Part shown: positions 1-8,075 of the stretch, one piece after another
How positions within the stretch are numbered: position 1 is the first letter of the stretch
Layout: each line of letters opens with the position of its first letter
Assembly (NCBI RefSeq): GCF_000300075.1
Contig: NC_018677.1
Location: 150,001 to 182,000, forward strand
DNA length: 32,000 nt
DNA from: Candidatus Saccharimonadota bacterium
Lineage (GTDB): Bacteria > Pseudomonadota > Gammaproteobacteria > Johnevansiales > Johnevansiaceae
Direction: 5' to 3'
Program-made: the position numbers and the translations under genes
The notes under the pieces: model-generated
Database searches by the model: none
What the model was told of the DNA's origin: nothing
The model's input: only the letters and a program-made list of their open reading frames with translations

Positions 1-1
1 C

Positions 2-1588
2 GTATTGATGGTAGAAACGGAAGCAAAACAAAAAACAGAGGCAATAATTATAGGTGCTATTAGTTTTGCACATCGAGAATTGCAAGTCGTTATAAAAAAT
101 ATAAAGGAATTTAGTAAAGATTATAAAACTAAAAACATTAATAACAAATTAAAATCAAATAAACTAAAAGTTCATATATCTTCTTTTAAAGATTACTTAT
201 TTAAAAAATTTAATCATAGTATTAATGATACTTTTTATATAGTTGATAAAATCAAAAGAAAAGAGGCATTGATAATTATAACTAACCAAGTGTTTGAAAC
301 ATTTATAAATCACTTTTTAACACTTTTTTATATTTATGAAAATTTGAACTTAATAATTAAAAAAATCTTTATAAACTTTTTGTTTTCCATAAAAAAAAGA
401 ATTGATGGTCGTGATTTTAAAACCATTCGTTCATTATCCATTGAATTATGTTGTTTACCTTGTACTCATGGCTCTGCTTTGTTTTGCAGGGGTGATACTC
501 AAGCCATAGTTGCTCTAACTCTGGGAAGTTTACGTGATGCTCAATTTATTGAAGGATTAGAAGAAGACCGTTATGATAATATAATGTTTCATTATAATTT
601 TACCCCTTATAGTGTCTGTGAAATAGGTTTTATAGGTATGCCAAAACGGCGTGAAATTGGCCATGGTAATCTTGCAAAAAGAGCAATACTTGGTGTTGTA
701 TCTAAAGACGAGTTTCCATACTCAATAAGAATTGTTTCAGAAATTACTGAATCAAATGGCTCTAGTTCTATGGCGTCTGTATGTGGTGCTTCATTAGCAT
801 TGATGCATGCAGGAGTACCATTAAGAACAACAGTAGCAGGTGTTTCTATGGGTTTGATAACAAAAAAAGAACACTTTTTCGTACTTACAGATATTGTAGA
901 TGAGGAAGATAAATTTGGTGATATGGATCTAAAAATTGCTGCTACATTTAAAGGTATAACAGCCTTACAAATGGATATAAAGCAACAAGGCAGTAAAACG
1001 GATCAGAAAGAGATTTTACAAAGGACTTTGAATCAAGCTTTAGAGGCTATAAAACAGATTAGTGCGAAAATGAATGTAGTAATAAGTCAAAGTAGAAAAA
1101 GTATATCTATAAACGCACCTAGTTATGTTGTATTAAAAATAGAAACAGAAAAATTACGTGATGTAATTGGTAAAGGTGGTACTACTATAAAAAAAATATG
1201 TGAGTTTACCAATTCTGCTATAGAAATTCAAGATGATGGCAATATACATATTTATGCCAAGACTAAATTAAATTTACAAAAGGCAATAGAAGCTATAAAG
1301 TTGATTACTGAAGAAACAAAACTAAACAAGTTATATAGAGGTAAAGTTATACGCATCATGGAATTTGGTGCTTTTATTAATTTATTGCCTGGTATTGATG
1401 GTTTAGTTCATGTTTCACAAATTAGTTCTTGTCATGTTACAAATATAAGAGAATTTATTAGTGAAGGAGATATTGTGACGGTAAAAGTGTTAGAAAAAGA
1501 TCATAAAGGAAAACTTAAATTATCCATAAAAGAAATAGATCCTATTGAAAAATCAATATTTGAAGCTAAAATACAATCATTTATATAA
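2..1588 (+). CDS. pnp: polyribonucleotide nucleotidyltransferase (PNPase), 5' end cut by the window edge
   Basis: The ORF is open from the window start. The translation aligns along its length with E. coli PNPase: second RNase PH domain (RIDGRDFKTIRSL, HGSALF, FHYNFTPYSV, PKRREIGHG, VSEITESNGSSSMASVCG, LQMDIK), KH domain (VIGKGGTTIKKI) and S1 domain (YRGKVIRIMEFGAFINLLPGIDGLVHVSQIS). Confidence 0.95.
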   Translation, partial: VLMVETEAKQKTEAIIIGAISFAHRELQVVIKNIKEFSKDYKTKNINNKLKSNKLKVHISSFKDYLFKKFNHSINDTFYIVDKIKRKEALIIITNQVFETFINHFLTLFYIYENLNLIIKKIFINFLFSIKKRIDGRDFKTIRSLSIELCCLPCTHGSALFCRGDTQAIVALTLGSLRDAQFIEGLEEDRYDNIMFHYNFTPYSVCEIGFIGMPKRREIGHGNLAKRAILGVVSKDEFPYSIRIVSEITESNGSSSMASVCGASLALMHAGVPLRTTVAGVSMGLITKKEHFFVLTDIVDEEDKFGDMDLKIAATFKGITALQMDIKQQGSKTDQKEILQRTLNQALEAIKQISAKMNVVISQSRKSISINAPSYVVLKIETEKLRDVIGKGGTTIKKICEFTNSAIEIQDDGNIHIYAKTKLNLQKAIEAIKLITEETKLNKLYRGKVIRIMEFGAFINLLPGIDGLVHVSQISSCHVTNIREFISEGDIVTVKVLEKDHKGKLKLSIKEIDPIEKSIFEAKIQSFI

Positions 1589-1946
1589 TACACTTCTTTG
1601 CAATTTACATCAATTAAAAGTTACTGTCTTGATTATTGTAGTTATGTTTGTTAAATAAAAAAATGTTGTATAAAGTGTAAAAGGCTCTTATAAAAGTTTG
1701 TTAAGTTAAATTAAGTCATGTTGAATTTATATAATATATTAATTATTAAAAATTAATGGATTTTTAAGTTACTAGATGGTTCATTTCTATATTTTTTTTG
1801 TTAGATAATTTTCGTTTTTATGCTGTTAGAGACTTTGTGTTAGTTGTGATTTTTATGTTGTTATTTATTAAAATCTGTTTTAAATTTTAGAGTTTTGAGT
1901 TTAGAGGTTTGTTTTAAAGCTTTTAGAGGTTAGTTTTTAAAAGATA

Positions 1947-2136
1947 AAAGATTAAAGATTAAAGATTTTAGAGTTTGTAGTTTGTAGTTAGAGGTTAGAG
2001 GTTAGAGGTTAGAGTTGTTAGGTTAGTGGTTCTTGGTTCTTGGTTAGTGTTTAGTGTTTAGTGGTTAGTGGTTGTGGTTGTGGTTGTGGTTGTGGTTGGT
2101 GTTGTGGTTGGTGTTAGTGTTAGTGTTAGTGTTAGA
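1947..2136. repeat. compound microsatellite tract of 6-7-nt units
   Basis: Read directly: (AAAGATT)3, (GTTTGTA)2, (GAGGTTA)3, (TGGTTCT)2, (AGTGTTT)2, (GTGGTT) about 5 copies interleaved with GGTGTT, then (AGTGTT)3-4. Confidence 0.9.
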
Positions 2137-2634
2137 GTATTGCTGGAAAAAAAAGAAGAGATGGTGTATTAAAACTATATGTAAAAAAATAATACATTGG
2201 TAAGAAACAAAAAAGTTATATGTTGTAATAGTTAGATGCGAGAATTGTTATGTTAAATGGTGTGTAAATGGTTTGTTTAAGAGTTGAAACAAAATTGTTT
2301 TTTTTCGCTAAAGAATTAAAAGACTTGTTCTTATACGGTTGTATGTATTAATATGTAATATTATATAGTTATTTCAGGTAATGTTAATTAATGTTATGTT
2401 AAAAAATGTATAATTTAGTATTTGAGGTAAGGTATGTTATATATAGAAAGGTAATAGAAGTGTTTGAGGTTATATGTCTTATGTAAAAAAGTTTGTGCTT
2501 TTAAATTAGGTTTAATGCTGTAGGTTAAGAATATGATTAAAAGTTGTATTTATATAAAGTTGAAGAAAAGAAGTGTGTGGTGTAAAAAGAAAGGAGAGGT
2601 ATAAGAAGAAAAGAAGTGTGTTGGTTATGTGTTA

Positions 2635-2723
2635 AGTTTGGTTGTAGGATGTGAGAAATAAAAAACAAAAGAGTTTGGTTGTAGGATGTGAGAAATAAAA
2701 AACAAAAGAGTTTGGTTGTAGGA
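2635..2723. repeat. 37-bp tandem repeat, 2.4 copies
   Basis: AGTTTGGTTGTAGGATGTGAGAAATAAAAAACAAAAG is identical at 2635-2671 and 2672-2708. A partial third copy lies at 2709-2723. Confidence 0.95.
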
Positions 2724-2865
2724 AAAAGGTTTTGTGGAAAGCTGTGATAGGAGTGGAGAAGAAGCAAAAGTGTTAAAAGTTATTATTTGTTATAGGCAAT
2801 TAATTAATTTAAAGTTGAAATTTGTTAAAGGCTAAGTCTTTTGATAGCAAACATTGTATAAAATT

Positions 2866-2951
2866 GCCGAGCTGGTGAAAATGGTATACACGCAGGTTTT
2901 AGATGCCTGTGTCATAAGAATGACTTGGGGGTTCAAATCCCTCGCTCGGTA
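2866..2951 (+). tRNA. tRNA-Leu (anticodon UAG), class II with long variable arm
   Basis: Hand-folded cloverleaf. Acceptor GCCGAGC/GCTCGGT with G1-U72. Anticodon stem CAGGT/GCCTG with loop TTTAGAT. Variable-arm hairpin GTCAT-AAGA-ATGAC. T arm GGGGG-TTCAAAT-CCCTC. Discriminator A. No encoded CCA. Confidence 0.85.
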
Positions 2952-2990
2952 AAATATTGGTATAGGAAAAATAATATTAAAAATAATAGA

Positions 2991-3476
2991 TTGATTGAAG
3001 TGGATTGTGAAGGTTTTTTAAAAAGTATAAAGAATTGGAGTCCTTATGTGGGATACATAATAGCAAATAAAGAAGGCCGTAAACTTCATAAACCGCACTG
3101 GGAAATAATATTGTTATTACGTAAATTTTACGAAACATATAAAATAGCACCTAATATGGTAACTTTAATAAACGAACTTAAATTTATAAATTATAAAAAG
3201 GGAAATTCGATATATTTACTTAAAGTTTTTAGATCATATAAAAAAACAATGATAAAGAAAACCACTAGCACAAATAAAAAAGATTATAAAACAAAATATA
3301 AGATGACAGTAAAAGCAAAAACCACAAAAAAAACACGTTTGTTTACATACGTGCATAAAAACACAAACATTACAAAAAAGAAAGAATATATGCTTAAACT
3401 CTATATAAATGCAGAAAGTCCTGCTCGTATTGCAGCTAGAATAGCAGGATTGCCGAAACCCAATAATTGTATGTAA
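2991..3476 (+). CDS. tusE: sulfurtransferase TusE / DsrC-family protein with a large internal Lys/Thr/Asn-rich insertion; start codon uncertain
   Basis: Matches E. coli TusE: IEVDCEGFL, HWEIILLLRKFYETYKIAPNM, KGNSIYLLKVF, and the C-terminal PARIAARIAGLPKPNNCM with the conserved penultimate Cys. The ORF-track start (2925) lies inside tRNA-Leu. There is no in-frame ATG before the conserved core. Candidate starts are ATT 2976, TTG 2991 and GTG 3000. Confidence 0.75.
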   Translation: MIEVDCEGFLKSIKNWSPYVGYIIANKEGRKLHKPHWEIILLLRKFYETYKIAPNMVTLINELKFINYKKGNSIYLLKVFRSYKKTMIKKTTSTNKKDYKTKYKMTVKAKTTKKTRLFTYVHKNTNITKKKEYMLKLYINAESPARIAARIAGLPKPNNCM

Positions 3477-3485
3477 GTATATTAA

Positions 3486-4061
3486 ATGAAGAATATGAAC
3501 AAATCAAAGATTATTATTACTAAAAGCGCACAAAAATATTTAGCTAATCTTTTATATAATCATAATATGGCAACTGGTGTTAGAATTTTTATAAACAAAC
3601 AATATGCGGAGCCTAGTATAGAATTTTGTTATAAATTAACAGATAAGGACATAAAAATAAACTTAACAAAAATAAATGTATTCTTAGAGAAAGACAGTTT
3701 GCCTTTTATAAAAAATGCTGTAATAGATTATATTATTGATAGATTGGGTGGTAAATTAACAATTCAAATACCTAAAATTGAAACAAACTGGAACTTGGAA
3801 CATAAAGTTAATTTTATAATTGATAAGGAAATTAATCCTATTTTAGCTACTCATGGTGGCTTTATTAGATTAATAAAAGTTACAAAAGAAAACCTTGCTA
3901 TATTTCAATTTGAGGGAGGATGTAAAGGATGTGTTTCAGTTGATTTTACTTTAAAAAAGCATGTTAAAAGAATTTTGTTAGAGCGTATACCAGAATTAAC
4001 AGAAATTCTTGATTTAACAGATCATACGGACAACATTAAAGCATATTACAAAAAAATATGA
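3486..4061 (+). CDS. nfuA: Fe/S biogenesis protein NfuA
   Basis: 191 aa, the same length as E. coli NfuA, and collinear with it. It has an N-terminal IscA-like half and a C-terminal Nfu domain with INPILATHGG and FQFEGGCKGC (CxxC). Confidence 0.9.
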   Translation: MKNMNKSKIIITKSAQKYLANLLYNHNMATGVRIFINKQYAEPSIEFCYKLTDKDIKINLTKINVFLEKDSLPFIKNAVIDYIIDRLGGKLTIQIPKIETNWNLEHKVNFIIDKEINPILATHGGFIRLIKVTKENLAIFQFEGGCKGCVSVDFTLKKHVKRILLERIPELTEILDLTDHTDNIKAYYKKI

Positions 4062-4477
4062 GTAACATTAAAGCTGTTCAAAAAAAAATTATAAAGGAAT
4101 TAAAGTTTTTTGATAACTGGATAGACCGTTATAAATATATACTTGATTTAGGTAAAAAATTGCCTTCAATGCCCGCTAAATGGAAAAAACCTAAATATCT
4201 TATTTCTGGTTGTCAATCTAATGTATGGATTCATCATAAATTTATTGATAATAAAGTTCATTTTATTGCTACTTCAGATGCATCAATAGTTTTAGGATTA
4301 ATTGCTATCATATTAAGAATTTATAATTATAGAAATCCAAGAGAAATTTTATCTACACCATTAGATATTGAAATGTTTGTAGATTTAGAACAACATTTAT
4401 CTATGACAAGACATAATGGATTGAAGGTTATGTTGTCACATATTTATTATATAGCATCTATCTATATAAGAACTTAG
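4058..4477 (+). CDS. sufE: cysteine desulfuration protein SufE/CsdE family
   Basis: 139 aa. It carries the SufE signature around the active Cys (ISGCQSNVWIHH versus E. coli IQGCQSQVWIV), plus SDASIVLGLIAI and HLSMTRHNGL. The start overlaps the nfuA stop (ATGA). Confidence 0.85.
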   Translation: MSNIKAVQKKIIKELKFFDNWIDRYKYILDLGKKLPSMPAKWKKPKYLISGCQSNVWIHHKFIDNKVHFIATSDASIVLGLIAIILRIYNYRNPREILSTPLDIEMFVDLEQHLSMTRHNGLKVMLSHIYYIASIYIRT

Positions 4478-4898
4478 GTGATATTATTGCTTTTTTTGCT
4501 ATGTTATTAGAATTGTTTAATAATTTGTTATAAAAACAACTAATACGTCCAGAATGACAAGAAGGGCCATATTGATCTACTTTAAATAAAAGAGTATCTC
4601 CATCACAGTCTAAATATATTTCTTTTAATAATTGTATATTTCCTGATTGTTCTCCTTTTAGCCAAGTTTTACATCTTGATCTAGACCAATAACAAACATA
4701 AATTCCAAGTTGTGTATCTAATAAAATAAATTTATTTATCCAAGCTAACATTAAGACTTCACCACTATCATATTGTTGAGTAATTACAGGTATTAACCCT
4801 TCTTGATTCCAATTTATAGATTCAATAACAATATCATTTAAATAGTTATCATCAACAATATAAAAGTCTATTGATTGAAATAAAATTCGTTGTTTCAT
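4458..4898 (-). CDS. hisI: phosphoribosyl-AMP cyclohydrolase (monofunctional HisI)
   Basis: 146 aa with GLIPVITQQYDSGEVLMLAWIN, YWSRSRCKTWLKGEQSGNIQ, LDCDGDTLLFKVDQ and PSCHSGRISCFY, all typical HisI motifs. It overlaps the sufE 3' end convergently by 20 nt. Confidence 0.9.
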   Translation of the reverse strand: MKQRILFQSIDFYIVDDNYLNDIVIESINWNQEGLIPVITQQYDSGEVLMLAWINKFILLDTQLGIYVCYWSRSRCKTWLKGEQSGNIQLLKEIYLDCDGDTLLFKVDQYGPSCHSGRISCFYNKLLNNSNNIAKKAIISPKFLYR

Positions 4899-5878
4899 AC
4901 TTTTAAAAATTTTTTAATAGATTTTTTTATAAATTCAAAATTTTTTGCTTTTGTTGTTAACAGATTCTTTACTATATTTTGCTTTTGTTAAACCGTTTTC
5001 TCAAACTTTTTCACTTTTAATACTTTTATCTATTACTTATTCACTTTTAACTTGTTTAGTACAACACTTTGTTTCTCATTTTGCCATTTATACTTTCTTT
5101 TTGTTATGTTCTGTTAAACTTTTACTTAAATTGGTCTTTATAACATAATCTTTTTTTTATTTCTTGATTTGAATTTAGTTTTTTTATAAATTTTACCTTA
5201 TTTTACTTTTTATTGGGTTTTATATACGTGTCTATTTGCCTGATGTTAACATATCTACATTGTTGTTTATTTTATTGTTTTACAATATACACCACTTTTC
5301 ATCATACAATATAAGTTTTATTCAACTTGATAACTCATACAATATAAGTTTTATTTTATACCTATTACAAAACCTATATTACACATCATTTCATTTAACA
5401 ATTTTTCAACACTTTTCTTATAACTCATACCATCATATACAACATATTCTTTTTTCCATTCCTATGAATACATCCGTTTATATAATAACCTATTTAACAA
5501 ATCAACCTTTTATCCACTAATACCTACCTTATAACACATATATTATACAATACATTACTTATAACACATCTACTTTTCTTTTCACTTTTTATATAACATC
5601 TAATTTTAAATTTAACGAAGTTACCAGCATAACAACTATTTTAAAAAACATATAAAATAAATAAAAGATCAACAATTATCAAATACACAACTATTTCTTA
5701 ACAAATAAACCTTTTACATAAACCATTTTTTCATATAGCATTTGCCTATTAAACACAAACCTTTTACACACAACAAAAAAATTTACTATTTAAAACTAAC
5801 CCACAACCTCATAAAAACATAAACAAACTACTACTAAACCCTAAACTACAAATCAAAACCTTTACATCAAACCAACAC

Positions 5879-5955
5879 CTCTAATTTTTATTGTTGTACT
5901 ACTTTAACACTTAACAACTCTAAAATTTATTGTTGTACTACTTTAACACTTAACA
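5879..5955. repeat. 39-bp tandem duplication (2 copies, 2 mismatches)
   Basis: CTCTAA(TT/AA)TTTATTGTTGTACTACTTTAACACTTAACA occurs at 5879-5917 and at 5918-5955. Confidence 0.9.
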
Positions 5956-6003
5956 CCAGAACTTAAAATCATACAAATCATTTTCCTAACACACAACTTT
6001 ATA

Positions 6004-6066
6004 AACTTCAAACTTCAAACTTCACAATTCACAATTCACAATTCACAACACACAACACACAACACA
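6004..6066. repeat. compound heptamer microsatellite (AACTTCA)3(CAATTCA)3(CAACACA)3
   Basis: Read directly from the sequence: three adjacent blocks of three copies each. Confidence 0.95.
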
Positions 6067-6682
6067 CAATACAAATTCATATCAACCATTACAACACACC
6101 TTTTCATTAGTATAGCATTACTCCTAATACAAGTTCATAATTAGTATTATAACATAAGCCATCAAAATATAAGCATATCACATAATACACAACAATATAA
6201 AATCATTTGTTTTAAAAAAAACAACAACGCCCATATTACACAATATTATTTAAACAACACAAAAAAAAGAACCTAAGAGCATAAAAAGAATAATCAAAAA
6301 ATGACCAAACAACACAATTTTTTACTACACATAATACAACAATGTTACAATCACAACACATTAAGCAAGCTCAAACACAAAGCAAATAATACAAAACACG
6401 ATTACAACGACACATAACAGTACACAAAAACTCACAAAATGCATAACAAATAAACCATCAAGTACAGAAAGCAGAACAACTAAAACATTTAACCTAAGTG
6501 CTAAACACATTTACACAAATAACCAAATAGTTATCATTTAATATTTAAATTGGTAAATACAAAAAACAACGGTATAATGCAAATTTTTAAATTAACTACA
6601 AAACAAATAAATATTAACCCACAAACACTTTTACACAAAATTTTTATTAACGAAATACATATTTTCTAACAAAACAACAATT

Positions 6683-6759
6683 CATAAACCATAAACCATA
6701 AACCACTAACCACTAACCACTAACCACTAAACACTAAACACCAAACACCAAACACCAAA
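6683..6759. repeat. compound heptamer microsatellite (CATAAAC)3(CACTAAC)3(CACTAAA)2(CACCAAA)3
   Basis: Read directly. Eleven contiguous 7-mers, with successive blocks differing by 1-2 substitutions. Confidence 0.95.
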
Positions 6760-6966
6760 CTAACTTCTTTAAACAATCATATAACTACTTTTCCTTTTAT
6801 TTATTTAACAACAAGTATTTATCAACAAGAAGTTTTAACCAAAATCGTAACACATAATACTAAACATAATTTTAAAAACCAGTTAAGTTACACAAATAAG
6901 CTAAAAATAAAAGCTTTTAAAACATACATCTTTAAAGTAAATATGTGAATAAAGATTTAACATAAC

Positions 6967-7040
6967 CGGATCGAACGGGACTTGAACCCGCGACCTTCGG
7001 CGTGACAGGCCGATGTTCTAACCAACTAAACTACCGATCC
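6967..7040 (-). tRNA. tRNA-Asp (anticodon GUC)
   Basis: Reverse complement: GGATCGGTAGTTTAGTTGGTTAGAACATCGGCCTGTCACGCCGAAGGTCGCGGGTTCAAGTCCCGTTCGATCCG. It folds as a cloverleaf, has anticodon loop CTGTCAC, and is close to E. coli tRNA-Asp. No encoded CCA. Confidence 0.9.
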
Positions 7041-7219
7041 TATTCATACCTTGTATAATTATTATAGTTATATGTGTCTGCTCTTACGGTTACATAATAG
7101 AATAGCTTGTGTTTCTTAAAGTTAAAGATAAATGCATTTGCGTACTTATAATATTGTTGCGTGATACTTTTTTGATTGATGCATTTTTGTTGTTATGGTT
7201 TTACTTTTATATATATTTT

Positions 7220-7265
7220 TTTTATGTTTTATGTTTTATGTTTTATGTTGTTGTTGTTGTTGTTG
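7220..7265. repeat. microsatellites (TTTTATG)4(TTG)6
   Basis: Read directly from the sequence. Confidence 0.95.
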
Positions 7266-7626
7266 ATATATGTATTTTGTTTTTTATTTTTGATTTAGGT
7301 TGTTATCTTATGTGTATGTTTTATTTATGGTATATGTATTTTGATATTTGCTTTAGATATTGATTTATTTTGTTTACTTTGATATGTTGTATATTTACTG
7401 TTCTTCTTTATGTTATATTTATTTTTCTTTTTTTGTATATATTTTAAATATATGTTTTTTAAAAGTTTTTGTTATTTTTAAACCATTGATGTTCGTTAGT
7501 ATTTGTTTCTCTTGTTTACTGTTACTGTATTGTGCTTTTAGTTTTTGTTTTAAACCTGCTTTTATTTGTTGCTGTATGTGCCTTTTTCGCTTTATTTTTT
7601 TTATCTTTGTATTCCTGCTTATGTAT

Positions 7627-7684
7627 GCTGTTGCTGTTGCTGTTGCTGTTTGATGTTTGATGTGTGTTTTGTGTTTTGTGTTTT
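7627..7684. repeat. compound microsatellite (GCTGTT)4(TGATGTK)2(GTGTTTT)3
   Basis: Read directly. GCTGTT is the same hexamer family (phase-shifted GTTGCT) as the array at 23585-23704. Confidence 0.9.
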
Positions 7685-7995
7685 GTATTCCTTCTTGTGT
7701 GTGTTATGTATGCTGTTTGTGTTTTGTAATATGTTTGTATTTCTCATCGTTATGTACGTTGTTTTATGTTACGATTTTTGTTGAAATTTGTTTTGTTTTT
7801 CTTTTATTAATTTAGAGTAAAGTTGTATATTGATTACAAAAAAAAATGTATAACGTGAAATATAAAAAATAGTATGTTTAAGATGTGTATGGTGTAGATT
7901 GTTGTTGTTAAATTGATTATAGCAGTAGCAGTAGCAGTATTTGCAAAAAAAAAATAGCGAAAAATGTAAGTATAAGCAAAAATATGTTATATGGT

Positions 7996-8068
7996 TGGGT
8001 GGTGCAAGATTCGAACTTGCGACATTCAGTTTGTAATACTGAAGCTCTACCAACTGAGCTAACCACCC
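7996..8068 (-). tRNA. tRNA-Val (anticodon UAC)
   Basis: Reverse complement: GGGTGGTTAGCTCAGTTGGTAGAGCTTCAGTATTACAAACTGAATGTCGCAAGTTCGAATCTTGCACCACCCA. It folds as a cloverleaf, has anticodon loop ATTACAA, and is similar to E. coli tRNA-Val(UAC). Confidence 0.9.
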
Positions 8069-8075
8069 TAGAAGG

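Larger units (their letters stand above)
1589..2865. other. non-coding spacer, C-depleted (G/T/A-rich) on the + strand
   Basis: Hand count finds no C in 1921-2031 or 2040-2142. The only long ORF is a low-complexity artefact. The spacer contains microsatellite and 37/43-bp-period repeats. Confidence 0.85.
4899..6966. other. non-coding spacer, G-depleted (A/C/T-rich) on the + strand
   Basis: Hand count finds no G in 5745-5892 or 5960-6109. Most 60-nt lines from 5281 onward have 0-4 G. The only ORFs are low-complexity artefacts. Confidence 0.85.
7041..7995. other. non-coding spacer, C-depleted (G/T/A-rich) on the + strand
   Basis: Hand count finds no C in 7205-7307. The tract is microsatellite-rich. 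The three overlapping ORFs here encode poly-V, poly-C and (AV)n artefacts. Confidence 0.85.

Noticed and set aside
2018-2026. TTAGGTTAG resembles the insect telomeric repeat (TTAGG)n, and TTAG-containing units occur throughout.
   Set aside because: There are fewer than two consecutive TTAGG units. The arrays have 7-nt periods with different units. The resemblance is most simply coincidental in TTAG-rich low-complexity DNA.
2537-2767. A 76-aa minus-strand ORF in the pnp/tRNA-Leu spacer. The same applies to ORFs at 4945-5148, 5236-5520, 14474-14677, 15333-15545 and 31616-31843.
   Set aside because: All lie in strongly skewed spacer DNA. They encode low-complexity F/L/Y/S/I-rich strings with no motifs. 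Several span tandem repeats. Their open frames are expected from composition.
2834-2865. Sigma-70-like hexamers (TTGATA, TATAAA) upstream of tRNA-Leu, and similar TATAAT-like strings upstream of many genes.
   Set aside because: The spacing here is about 10 nt, which is wrong for a promoter. TATAAT-like hexamers are everywhere in DNA this AT-rich, so promoter calls cannot be supported by eye.
2925-2990. The 5' extension of the tusE ORF starting at TTG 2925.
   Set aside because: It overlaps the 3' part of tRNA-Leu (2866-2951). The encoded MGVQIPRSV is just the tRNA T-arm and acceptor read as codons.
5510-5518. A DnaA-box-like TTATCCACT (8/9 match to TTATCCACA) near the origin-like skew flip at tRNA-Asp.
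   Set aside because: It is a single imperfect box 1.5 kb from the flip, with no cluster and no adjacent AT-rich 13-mers distinguishable from background. That is insufficient to call an origin.
7109-7784. Three overlapping + strand ORFs (84, 97 and 72 aa) in the tRNA-Asp/tRNA-Val spacer.
   Set aside because: Their translations are poly-V, poly-C, (AV)n and F/L/C/Y-rich strings. These come directly from microsatellites and C-free T/G-rich DNA. They have no recognisable motifs and overlap one another.
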